A stretch of 63,927 nt of DNA, filler included, from Guillardia theta CCMP2712 (taxonomy: Eukaryota > Protista > Cryptophyta), in the NCBI RefSeq assembly GCF_000315625.1. It is 6 parts of 6 records of this genome, joined end to end, with 100 filler letters (N's around TTAATTAATTAA, not from the genome) between each part and the next. Parts side by side here need not be neighbours in the genome. Positions count along the whole stretch, not along the records: positions 15,407 to 30,806 come from NW_005434319.1; positions 30,907 to 38,588 come from NW_005434236.1; 4 more parts are not named here. One strand, given 5' to 3'. Position 1 is the stretch's first letter, and each line of letters opens with the position of its first letter. Positions 17,536 through 33,904 of this stretch are shown here, piece by piece. The position numbers were made by a program, and so were the translations under genes. The notes beneath the pieces were generated by a model. The model made no database searches. It saw nothing but the letters and a program-made list of their open reading frames with translations, and was not told where the DNA came from.

Positions 17536-18547
17536 ATCGTTTTGAGCAGTATATTTGCTTGAGTGAAATCTGTAGAGCAAGGATACACCTCGATTAATCT
17601 CATTCTGATCTTTGAAGAACTATCCGTCTTCTCTTGATCGCAGGATGACCCTCCTAACTTCGACCCAAAGTCTGGAGACACCCACCATGGTGCTATACCC
17701 CGGGTCTATGTTTAAGCAGCCACGAAGCGGATGCGCATGAACCTTCAAAGACAAAGAAGCAGGTGTGAACTCAAAGGGGTTTATCGTCGATGCCAGGAAG
17801 CAACAGGAAATAGAGAACGCACGTGAGCGTGAAGTCAGAGAGGAGAGGGAAAACACAAGAGGGAAAACACGAGTTGTAGCTCAGTCTTTTATAGTCCAGC
17901 TCCCTAAGAAGCAGAGAATGTTCGATCTTGTCCCTTCCTTCCATCTTACAGGATTTGTTGATGTAGCTACCTTCCTTGCAGGCAACAGGGAGGCAGACCC
18001 GTAGCTTCCAGTGTACTAGACCAGGTAGGGTCCATACGTCGTGGGACCCAAGGTGAAGACGTTGTAAGCATTGAAGCCCTTAAGGCTCCTGTTTGATGGC
18101 ACATCGGCAGGGTCCTCAGCAACAAGGTGAGTTCTGTATAAGGAATACCAGTCCGTTCCGTATCGAGCCCTGGCATTCCGGCAGGTCTAACTTATGTCAA
18201 ATCACATGCTAACAGCAAAACCTCAGTCTGTTTGTTCTTGAAAAGCTCGAGATCTGAGTCATCCAGCTCGTAGAAATGAAAATCATGATGGAGAGCTTGA
18301 TTTGTCGTTTCATAATGATGCTCATAAAGATGATACTATGTGGTTGTCAGCTCTTTGACGAGAGTGTTGGAGCGTTGGTGCAGTCTCGATGAAGGAAGCA
18401 GCCATTTGCGCAGTCTTGATGACTGCAACTCAAAGATGTGTCAGTTCACGTTTCACCTGGTGTTCAAACACGTCTTTTTGGCTATGAATGCGAGAAAGTC
18501 TTTGAAACCGTTTTCGTGACTTCATTCCAGTACGTATATCATCTGTC

Positions 18548-18829
18548 ACTCGAACAATACCCTCTCGCTCTAATGTACAACTGTGCCTGCCTCGAGTCCT
18601 TGTCTTGCTCCTACTCGATGGCTGCTGCTGCCTTGGAGCAGGTCCGAGCCCCTTGCGCGAGAGACGCCTTCTTCCTAGCGGCGAGGACATTGCTCAGGAG
18701 CTGGTTGGGCGTGTGCTCGGAAGGGGCGGAGAGACTGGGGGAGGGCCTTGCGGGAGGAGCCCAAGGGGAGATCTGGGAGATCTTGACGGAGAGGAGAGGG
18801 GAGGGGGGCATTGAAGGGAGGGAGGATGA
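18548..18829. repeat. Right arm of ~280-bp inverted duplication
   Basis: Reverse complement of 17254-17535 with few substitutions. Confidence 0.9.
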
Positions 18830-19239
18830 GGGAAAAGGAGGAAGAAAGAACCGTAAATTTGTGAGAAAGTAGGCGGGGAGGCGTGTGGGGGGGGAGGGGG
18901 GGGGCGGGAAGAAAGAAAGAAGCCTGGCAGGGGCTGAGCCGCGGTGGTTGTGAGTTGGGAGGGGATTGAGGATACAGCAGCGATACGCTGGTAGCTGGAA
19001 GAGTACGGGGAGGGCGCGATGCGGAGCTGGAAGATATGAAGGACAGCGGCGAACTTGAAAAGATTCAGCGGCGGCGAGTAGTAAGAATAACATATCTACT
19101 CGCCTGTATCTTTTTTTTTTTTCCTTCAGGTGTTACGCCGCTCGCCGGAGCCTCGGAGCGCCGCGCGGAGTCGGACTGAGGCGAGGCGGCTGCCAGCCGG
19201 GTACCGTCCGAGTGAGGCGGGGCTACTGAGTCTTTACCG

Positions 19240-19314
19240 TTTACTCAAAGTTAAGTTAAAAATCAGAGTCACTGCCTGATTGTCCTCGTACTGATTTTTA
19301 ACTTAACTTTGAGT
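19240..19314. repeat. Perfect 24-bp-stem hairpin formed by two inverted copies of the 16.6-kb motif
   Basis: ACTCAAAGTTAAGTTAAAAATCAG (19243-19266) pairs with CTGATTTTTAACTTAACTTTGAGT (19291-19314). Confidence 0.85.
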
Positions 19315-20323
19315 GAATTGAGTCACCGGCGGGTGATTGTTGTGTCACTCAGAACCGTTGAACTTGGCTCGGAACTTCGGCCGGCTGCCGACCCGGCGGG
19401 GCGGCGCGCCGCGGCCTGGGCCTCACAGGCTGACTCGGGGGGCAGTCCCCGAGTCACTGGCCGGGCAGCCTGCCAGTGCCAGTAGTGCGGCCGCGGCCGC
19501 ACTGAAGCCTCAGCAAAATTAACCGCCGCGTTAGTCAAAAATGCCAGTGCCACGACGGTGGCAGGCGGGCCGCCCAGTCACGCGGCCGGTCACCCGGTGA
19601 CGGTCGGACCACTGTGCGACGGTGCCATCCGGCATGATCGGACTCACTCGGAGTCAGGCTGCCAGGCTGCCACCCGGACCGCCGGGCCCGCCGCCCGGTG
19701 GCACGGCGGGCCGCGCCCCGCGGCCGCTGCCGCGGCCAATCAGTTCCTTGAACGGTTCAAGCCCGGGCTCAGTGGCAGTTCTACCGCCCGGCGCCCGGGC
19801 CACCGGCCGCGCCGGGCCCGGACCGGGCGGCGGCCCGGGGGCACTGCCGCTGTCACTGTGCGCAGTCACTCCCGGCACGGCGTGCCACCGTCCGATCGGT
19901 GCTCAGTGAGTCACCCGGTGACCGGCGCGGGCCGCAGGATCATCTGGGGGCCCGGAGACGTGAGTCTACTACGTCCCAAAAACAAGACGAGGCCGTGAGG
20001 AGGAGGAAGGACATAACAACATAGGCTGACTGATCCCTCCTATCTCCAGTGTATCCCATTACCAAGGGCATCGATCTCCTGACCCAGCCTCATCTCCCTT
20101 CTCCTCTCCTCTCCTCTCCTCTCCTCTCCTCTCCTCTCCTCTCACCTCTCCTCTCCTCTCACCTCACCTCTCCTCTCCTCTCCTCTCCTTTCTTCTCCTG
20201 TCCTGTCCTGTCCCGTCCTGTCCTTTCTTCTCCTGTCCTGTCCTGTCCTGTCCTGTCCTGTCCTGTCCTCTCTACTTTTATCCTGCACTTGCAATCTCCA
20301 GGGAGCACAGCCGGTATAGGGAA

Positions 20324-21006
20324 ATGGAGGCGGCGATTGCCCACAAAGTCGTTGTTGTGGGAGACAGCGGTGTGGGCAAGACAGCGCTGCTGCTGAGGTT
20401 CGTGCAAGGGACATACACAGAAAAGAGCTACAACGGGACGATAGGAGGAACATACATGGCCAAGATTGTGACGGTAGAGGAGGGGGCAGTGAACCTCAAG
20501 ATGTGGGACACGGCAGGGCAAGAGCGCTTTCGGAGCATGTTGCGAATGTACTACAGGAACGCGTCTGCCGCTCTGCTCTGCTGCGACTTGTCGGAGAGGA
20601 GGACGTTTCTGAGCCTTGCTAAATGGGTTGAGGATCTTAGAGAGAGTCTGGGGGAAGGGGTCATCCTGGACATCGCGTGCACGAAGAACGACTTGAAGGG
20701 TAGCAGGGTGAGCATACAGGAGGTAAGGAGACTGTCTGCATGCTCGAGGAAGTCGTTCCTGCCCCATGGCGGCATGACCTCAGATGGCAGGTCACGTCCT
20801 TTGCGGAGCAGGTAGGAGCCAACGTTACCTTCACCTCCGCCAAGTCATGCGAGAACGTGGACCTGGTATTCGAGAAGATTGCTAGGAGGCTGTTGAAGGA
20901 GGGCAAGACAGACGCTGCGGACCAGCAGGAAGGAGCCGCTCCTGACTCAGTTGCTATTTCACTCCACGACGGAGTGCAAGCAAGACGAGCACGGTGTGCA
21001 TGTTAA
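20324..21006 (+). CDS. Rab family small GTPase (Rab5/21/22/24-like group), one intron ~20723-20790
   Basis: GDSGVGKT, TIG, WDTAGQERFRSM..MYYR, TKND, TSAK and a C-terminal CAC prenylation motif. Confidence 0.93.
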
Positions 21007-21253
21007 ACAGCGTTGGTCGGATCCTGAACCCCCTTCTCCCATCTCCTATTTCCTTCCCTGTCCTTTCTTTTCCTGTTTCCTCTCCTCTCCTCTCCTCTCC
21101 TCTCCTCTCCTCTCCTCTCCTCTCCTCTCCTCTCCTCTCCACGTGTCTTGCTGTGTCAAGTCCTGACCTGTCCTCTGCCCCGCTCTACTGTTGTCATTCA
21201 GCAAGTGTCGCAACTAATCACATACTGCATAAACCTTCAATCAATGTTTCACT

Positions 21254-22827
21254 TCACTTCTCCACCCACTTTGGCCTTTTTGCGCCTTTTTCCAGTACCC
21301 ACTCCCCCGTAACTCTCGGAAACTCTTTAAATTTTTGAAGAGCGTATCCTGCACCAGAAATGTAAGGTGACAACTCTCTTGTCACATCTTGTGCTTACTT
21401 GCCTTCCCCTTCAGGGCCTTCTCGAAGAGCAGGAGAAGGTGTTTGTTGAAGCAGAGCATATAACAAGTCAATGATCACACAGCAAGATAAGGAAACATGC
21501 AAACCTGACAAGCAGCATGCCAGACGCGAAAGTTCGGGCTCCCGTCAGCGAGGACATTCCAAAAGATGACGGCGGTTCCTTTCTGCGGCCGGATGTTCAT
21601 CACAGCAGCCTCGTGCGCAAGGAGACATTGCTCGTTGCAGGCAGCAAGCAGCTTGACTTCTTCCTCCCTCCCGCCCCTCCCGCTGAGGGTGCGCGAACCG
21701 TTGAGGAACAGCCTCTTGAACTTAGAGGAGAAAGATCGTCTGGCCGCGCCAGTGGTGGCAGCAGGTGCAGGAAGACAAGGGAAGATGGTGTGTCCTCCAT
21801 CCCCTTCCCCCGAGTCTGAGAGGTAGATCAGAACAGTGACAACTCTGTTCTCCCGCTGGTTCTTGTCATGGTGGACATTCCTAACCCTCTGGTTGGGCAC
21901 AACGTTGCCTACAATCGCCCCTGGAATCTGAGGACAAGAGTCAGGACCTGCTGCTGCTGGGCTGCATGCGCACAGGAGACCTGCCTCGTAAACATGAGCG
22001 GCAGCTCATCGGGATGGGGGCGGATCATGGTAGTGCGAGCGATCCTGTCCTCAAGCTCGACCAGCACGCGTGACATGTTGCTCTGATGGTAGTGAAAGAA
22101 GGCAGTTCCGTATGCTACCTCCCGCTCCCACCCGCCGCCGTGCTGGGCATCCAGCTCCTCGTGCCCTAGTCGTATCACTTCGTCGGCCTCCTCATCGGAC
22201 AGGAAGTTTTGGATCTGGAGGAGAGGTAGCTGAGTTGACATCAAGGCAGCGGCAGGAACTCACCGCAAACACCCGCGAGTCCCAGTCCAGCACTTGGATG
22301 CTGTCAAGACCTCGATGTTGCCTCCTCCTCTGGTAGAGATGATGGTCAGCTCGTTGGGTGAGAGGAGGGAATGATAAGGAGAGGCTCGGAGATGTTCGCG
22401 GCAGGTGGGAAAGGAGTCCAGGAAGGAGGGTGATATAGAGGTAGAGGAGAAGGAGAAACACAATGAGCAGGATGAGAACGAGGGGAGGGGAGCGAGTGAA
22501 GAGTTGCAGCATGAGCGGCACCAGCAAGAGGCCTGGACCAAGACGCGGAAGAGGGATAGGAGGAAGGGGAGTGGTGGTTTTAGTGGCGGTGGTTGTGATG
22601 ATGATGATGATTATGGGGAGGAGTGAGAACAGAGTGGATCCATGGGAGGAAAGAAAACAGGAAAGCAGAAAGAGCTGAATGCAGTGCTCCAGCAGGGGGA
22701 AGGAGGAGGACGGGGAGGAGGGGACCTGCTCGCAAGAGGCATCCTCCTCCACCTGTAACGCTCGTCGCTCTTCCAACATTACCAGGAGCAGCAGCCAACT
22801 GATCATTCGCCACTGTGTACACTTCAT
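21254..22827 (-). CDS. Prolyl 4-hydroxylase-like 2OG-Fe(II) dioxygenase with signal peptide, multi-exon
   Basis: Hydrophobic N-terminus; IQNFLSDEEADEVI; HxD in VHHD; RVVTVLIYLSD..GGHTIFP; IRPQKGTAVIFWN; distal His in VWHAACQ; spliced tail ALKGKARYALQKF. Confidence 0.85.
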
Positions 22828-23526
22828 TCCACGTTGATACGAGGATAAACCTTACAAACCCGCCTCAACGAAATACTAGGAAACAAAGGAGGCAGTGAAA
22901 ACCGCTACTCCAACCACGCAAGCGACGCGCGGCAAGGCTCCTGCGAGTCGGAGGACGGCAAGATATTAACTTGATCGATGCCAATCATGGGCTTCGAATT
23001 TGTTTTTCTCAAGTTCCTGGTACTGACGCAATATGACGCATATCAGTCAAATTAGGATTGGATATGCAAATATGTTACTGACAAGCCATGTCCGATGATG
23101 TAGTACCGGGTGCTGTAGTATACACACTCAGTTAGGTAGCATGCTTAGTCAATCGACTAATTGAGTTTATTAGACAATAAGTCAAGAATTTCATAGCTAA
23201 GAACTATTGCTCTCTCCTTATTTCTCTCCTATTGTCCTGTCTAAAGGGGTTCCCAGCCTTGGGAGGTTGGCCTACTTTATAACAAAATCTAACTTCTCTC
23301 AGTGTGGACTTATTCACAACTCAGTGTGAGGGTCTTAGCTGTTGATTGAGATTTGATCACATACGCATTTCATCACTGCCTGCTTCCATCAGTGTGCTCT
23401 ATACTGGTAGCAGCGTCACGCTATCCTTCAGTCCTGCTCCCTTCAAGGAAAGGACTCTGGACCCTCTTATTGCTTTACAGGTACAAAAGCAGCGAAAGTG
23501 GCGAGGAGGCGGCAAGAGCAGCTCCT

Positions 23527-24345
23527 TCAAGTCTGCAGGCACCTGACCATGTAGTCATCGTCTCCTCCTCCAGCCTCGAAGTCCATCTGAGACTTGACCC
23601 ACTCCTCCGGCTTATAGTCAGTCGTCCCCCCATGCTCTACCAGAAGAGCAGCAGGGTCGATGGCCTCGTGCACCTCTGAGAGGTTGGATATCGTGTGCAG
23701 TCTTGACCGGATCTTGGATGGCATCAGGAGCTTGACGACTTGCAAGGGCCCTTGGAACCACCATGGAGCATTGTAGATGTATATCCCTTTCACCTTGACC
23801 GGGTATTTACCCAGGAGGATGGGGAGGAGTAGTTTCGGCACTTGGATGGAGATATTGTTCTGTCCTATCCCCGAGAGGTCATGCAGGACAAGCACGCCGT
23901 TGTCCTGCGTCTCCTCTGAGATCAGAGCCGTCTCCACAAGGTACACGATCGCCCTGCAGAGGTCCTGGGGGGACCAGGAGCTCAGGTCGTTGAAACGGAA
24001 GCGACCAAAGATGAGCTTCTCTCCATGCTTTCCCCTCACGTTTGTTGGACATGCGAGAACACCGCTCATGACGACCTTCCTGATGACCTCGCTCCTGCTG
24101 AGGAGGAGAGGGTCGGGCGAGTCCATCCACCCGCACCCCTTCCTCCACTTCACGAAGTCGGACAGCCGCTCGTACGCTCGATCCCCCTCAGACTTCCAGC
24201 GCAGGAACTTGAGGAGATGCTTGTCAGGTATCCTCAGCCCGTCGCTGCTCGCCTTCTCCCTCAGTCTCCTCAGCTTCTCTCCCTCCTCCATCCCTCGCTC
24301 TCCCATTTCGCCGCTTCCCGATTCCTCCACTGTCCGTTTCATCAA
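23527..24345 (-). CDS. CRAL-TRIO (Sec14/alpha-tocopherol-transfer-like) lipid-binding protein
   Basis: DKHLLKFLRWK, EETQDNGVLVLHDLSG, YPVKVKGIYIYNAPWWF, SKIRSRLH, LLVEHGGT; intronless. Confidence 0.9.
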   Translation of the reverse strand: MMKRTVEESGSGEMGERGMEEGEKLRRLREKASSDGLRIPDKHLLKFLRWKSEGDRAYERLSDFVKWRKGCGWMDSPDPLLLSRSEVIRKVVMSGVLACPTNVRGKHGEKLIFGRFRFNDLSSWSPQDLCRAIVYLVETALISEETQDNGVLVLHDLSGIGQNNISIQVPKLLLPILLGKYPVKVKGIYIYNAPWWFQGPLQVVKLLMPSKIRSRLHTISNLSEVHEAIDPAALLVEHGGTTDYKPEEWVKSQMDFEAGGGDDDYMVRCLQT

Positions 24346-25583
24346 CGGTTATACGAACCGGGCCGACCGTCCGTACAGGCTCCGAGGCTCCGGGCCATGC
24401 GGCGGTGCTCCGGCGGACAGTGACACGGTACGCCGGGCCGGGCCGGGCGGTACTACAGTACGGTACTCTGAGTCTGAGTGTCCGCCGCGTCTCATTCCTT
24501 CAAGTCGCCGGCGGCCGGCGGCCCGGCACAGCGACTCTTCACATCCGATGATCGCTGGCATGCGGCGCAGGGCCCGGACTCTGGGCCGGATCATTGGACG
24601 GGCCTGCGCGCTACTACCTAATTAGGATTAGGTTTGTTTCTCGCTTTCTAAGTTTCAAGTTTCACTGCCGGCTTCTCGCCGTTTGGCCAGTACGTACTTG
24701 AATACTGCCAAGTAGTACTCCGTACCGTGCTGAACGGCGGCGCGCAACTTGCCGCAGTGCGGGCCGGCGGGCCCGGGGGATCGGACTCAGGGATGAATCG
24801 TCGGGCAGTCTCGCCGGACTCCCGGGACCCGGTCACGGTGACCTCAGCGGCTCCAACTACAAACAAAGCCCGGCCCGCAGCTGACCCCACCCCCTGTTTA
24901 ATATTGCATGCAGTACCCCCACCCAGCTTCGTTAGTAGCAATACCCCCATTTCAAAAGAAGTTTCTGGGGTGGAGCAGTACCCCCTTCCACACGTCGTGC
25001 TCTAACAATGCCGACGGCCTCCTGCCCAACATGGCCCATGCCAGCATCCTGACACCTCATAGAACCCTGCAAGCGTCATCAGCATCCCCCCACCTCCTCC
25101 CGTCCCCTCCTCTCCTCCTCCCGTCCCCTCCTCTTCTCCTTGTCTTCTCCTCCTCTCCTATCCTCGTTCTCTCCTTGTCCTCTCCTTGCTCCTCTCCTCC
25201 CAATCCGCTCGTCTTACCTCTGAACTCGCCTGCTTCACACAACAGATTTCCTCTCCTGTCTCTTCTGAGATATCTGAAGACGTTTTGTGTCCTGCTGCAC
25301 TCTACTCTTCCCACCTGTTTCCTGTTGTCGCCTTCAACGACCTTGCTTCTCTTACACCCCGCTTCGCGCACAACCCCTAGCAGCCAGCATGGAATTCTTG
25401 AGTAGTTAGAGATCGCAACGCCATCTGAAATTCCCTGTCCCCTTCTCTACCTGCCTCCTCTCCTCCTCTCCTCCTCTCCTCCTCTCCTCCTCTCCTCCTC
25501 TCCTCCTCTCCTCCTCTCCTTGTCTGTTCCTCTTACCTCTTGTCTTCCACAGGCAAGTTTCGTCCCGCCCACTGCGAGCACAG

Positions 25584-30442
<4,859 letters not shown>

Positions 30443-30562
30443 GGTGAATTCTGCTCGCCGCTACTCCCTGTTTTCAATCTTTCATTCTCATTTTCTTCTT
30501 TCTTTTGCTCCGCTTCCGCTTCCTTTGCCTTCTCTACTTCCCCCCTAGCAAGCGAAGATGTT

Positions 30563-30604
<42 letters not shown>

Positions 30605-30629
30605 ACCTGCTCCTGCACCTGCTCCTGCA

Positions 30630-30678
<49 letters not shown>

Positions 30679-31097
30679 TTCTCTCTGCTTGATGTCGCGT
30701 GCTCTCCACCTTCACCGCTCTTCCGTCCTCATCTCTGCTTGGCTCCCCTCCTCCTCCTTGGCGCCTCCCCTCATTCTTGTTTTTATCTCTCCCCTTTCCT
30801 CGCCCCNNNNNNNNNNNNNNNNNNNNNNNNNNNNNNNNNNNNNNNNNNNNTTAATTAATTAANNNNNNNNNNNNNNNNNNNNNNNNNNNNNNNNNNNNNN
30901 NNNNNNGTCCCCTATCCCTTCCCCATGTTCTCTCTCTCTACTCATCCCTTGACTCGGAGTACGATTGGCTCGCCTCCCCCCTCGATACCCTTCTCTTCCT
31001 CCCCTCGGACTCCTCCTCTCCCGTCCCTTCCGCTGACCCCTGGCGCTCCGATGACTCCCCCGACGACCTCTGGTCTCCTGCCAGCGACGAGTCAGCC

Positions 31098-31754
31098 TTG
31101 CAAGACTCCCAGCCTGAGCCCTTCGATCTCCTCCTCCCCGACCAGCGCTCAGACGATCCCTCCGACCAAGACTCCGATAAGGAGGGGCAACTGATGCAGG
31201 AAGCTGATCCGCTCAACCTTGCCCCGCTGCCACGGGCCTCGGCTCCGCCCCTGCTCTGCAGATCAAGGCTGCCTCCTGCCACCCTCGCCTCCTACAAGCC
31301 CGGCCCCTCCTCCTACCCCTTCTTTCCAGGCAAGCTCACCCTCGGCCAGAAGCTCGACATCGTCCGCCGCAGCGAGGCGCCCAAGCACGACCTCGACTAC
31401 CGCTCGCCGTCAGAGCTGGCGCGCATGTACGGCAAGAGCCGGTCGTCCATCTCCAAGATCCTCAGGCCGACCTACGTCCGGAGGCTCAAGCAGCTTGCGG
31501 CCAGCGGCGTGTCGACGGACATCAAGCGGAGCACGAGCACGCTGCACCCGGAGCTGGAGCGGCGGATCCACGAGTACGTGGTGAGGACGGCGAGGGGGGC
31601 GAACTGGCGGCAGGAGGTGTGCAGGTACGCGGAGGAGGTAGCGGAGGAGCTGGGGATCGAGGGCTTCAAGGCGAGCTTGAACTGGTACCACCGGTTCATA
31701 GCGAGGCACTCGCTGAAGGGGGGGAGTGGGAGCGGGGGGACAAGACGGAAGTAA
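31098..31754 (+). CDS. CENP-B/pogo-Tigger-type double HTH DNA-binding protein without a DDE domain (5' end uncertain, next to gap)
   Basis: KLTLGQKLDIV..ELARMYGKSRSSISKIL (psq-like HTH), then HPELERRIHEYV..AEELGIEGFKASLNWYHRFIARHSL (Tc5/CENP-B HTH), then a stop. Confidence 0.85.
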   Translation: MQDSQPEPFDLLLPDQRSDDPSDQDSDKEGQLMQEADPLNLAPLPRASAPPLLCRSRLPPATLASYKPGPSSYPFFPGKLTLGQKLDIVRRSEAPKHDLDYRSPSELARMYGKSRSSISKILRPTYVRRLKQLAASGVSTDIKRSTSTLHPELERRIHEYVVRTARGANWRQEVCRYAEEVAEELGIEGFKASLNWYHRFIARHSLKGGSGSGGTRRK

Positions 31755-33598
31755 GCGGTAGATGAAGGAAGCTATCTTGACATCATGAATTATTTCTATG
31801 TTTAGTTCAGTTGTAAATGATGGTAGAGCTCATGGATTATTAATCTCTTTTTGTGAGTTTTGTAATGAAAGTTGATTATGCGTTCAATATGATTTCCTTG
31901 CAAACAGGATTGGCAGTAGTTCGTATCTTCCTAGATGCATCGATGCAACAGTCTCCTCAACTCAGCCGACGGAAGGTTGTGCTACGATGCCCACCGATAT
32001 GGTACACAGAAGCCTTTGGGAATAATGATGACCTGCAATTATGCGGGAGGTGAAAAACTATCAAGGTGGGGTTGGTCCAGATCTATTCTCTGGAGAAATC
32101 CGTTCTCGACAACATCTGCAGCCTGCTAACTTTCATCGGTCACTTTTTCACTGCACATGCACTGTTCGTATTTCCTACAAGGTCAAACAAGCATGGCGTT
32201 ATTCAACAGATCAGTCCTCAATTGAAGCCAAGGCAGCGGGAAGCAGGCGCCGTGTCTGGAAGGATGGATCTAATCAAGCATTTGTATCACTCAAATGCAC
32301 AATATGCATGCTCTCTTTCCCCCATGACCATTCGCCTTGCTGCATGTGCTGCTTCCCCGTCGTCCCCCCGTCGTCACTGATTTGCTAGACATTTATACAA
32401 CTGCTCACCTGTGAAAACGAGGGCTTGCAAGACTTTGATTGAATGCTCAGGTACCTCGTCCATCACAGTAGCCATCTTTTGATACGACATGTAATGTCGG
32501 ATGTGGTGTATCAGCTTCGAATCTGCCGAGTATACTCTCCGAAACCCTAACATATACTGAGGCCGCCTGAAGTTTCTCTCCATTGCCTGCAACATCACTT
32601 CGCAACATGACTTTTCTTGCTTCCTTGCAACAGACAACCCGATGTGGGCAAGGCTAGTGTGTGCTCTTCATGAATGCTTTCTTCGCTTCCGATGATGAGT
32701 GAGATTATGAAGAACTGTACTTTCACGAATAGGTTGTTTGTGAGTGCTGGACAACCTCTGTTTCCTTTCACCGAATCGAAAGCTAGCCGGAGCAGTATGG
32801 AAAAAGCTAGAGTCAGTAAAGACATTTGGAGGGATGACAAGCAGTATTGTGCAAACAACACGCAGGCTCAATACGATTCTATTGTCTCGCCCCAAAGATT
32901 ACGTGCTGCAGACGTCTACAGTGTAGGCTAAAGGCAACTCCTCCTAATCTTACAAAGGATAAGTGGAGAATGGCGGTTAGGCAAGAGTTTCTGTTGAAGA
33001 AGTGGGGTATGATTGAAGAGTATGAACAACATTTAGATTATATGGTTTATGTTTACCTTCCTGTTTCGAAAATTCATGACTAAATGGATTCTAGAAGTAT
33101 GAGGAATTCTCTCAGCTATCTTTCAAAATCAAAGTCACATGGTTTTGTTGTTCGTATGCTTTGCAGGCTTTCTGCTGTCCAATGACGTCAGTCCAAAGAC
33201 TGTAGTGAAGCTGCGGCCGATATCGGTTCCGAGGTCCATTGTGACTGTTTACCGTCTCTCATCAAGAGTTACTGACATCACGACAAATACATACAACAGT
33301 CAACCATCAGAAACTGATCAGTGTAGCAAGTCTGCCCAACGACAGTAGTGGCTGCAGGATGATAATACGCACACATGATGGTACATTCAGAGTTTACTGT
33401 GGTGGTGGTTTTGTGATGTATGAGGCAGATCTGAGTTTTTGTTCGACAGGAATTGTAAGTTGACCGAGAACTTTAGCTCATCAGAGACGCTGGTACTGTA
33501 TCCCAGTTGCTTCGTAGTAACCCGAAACAATGACCCTAACGGGGGGAAAGGCTCGGCCGAATCCGAATCGTACGACTTGATTTTGAATCTGTACCGCA

Positions 33599-33675
33599 AG
33601 ACTTTAAGTCAACTTTCAAGGTGCATGACAGTTCATGACTCGGCCATGACTTATTAAAAAAAAACACTGGTCAAT
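33599..33675. repeat. Direct repeat copy 1 (left flank of Crypton-containing module)
   Basis: AGACTTTAAGTCAACTTTCAAGGTGCATGACAGTTCATGACTCGGCCATGACT..AAAAAAAACACTGGTCAAT recurs at 38303-38457. Confidence 0.85.
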
Positions 33676-33904
33676 GTAGACCAATTTCCAATTTACCCCC
33701 TATTTTGGAAAATCAAAGTTCAAAGTATGGGCTATTTTGGAAAAACCATCAAAAAAATTTATATAGATTTGTTTAAAGACCAAAACATACAAAATTCCAA
33801 ATCACCATATAAATTGTACAAATGTCCTTAATTGCCTTATTATCTGCCTCCTTTCATTAACTCTATTCTGATCTATTATAAATACTACCAATATTATATA
33901 TATT

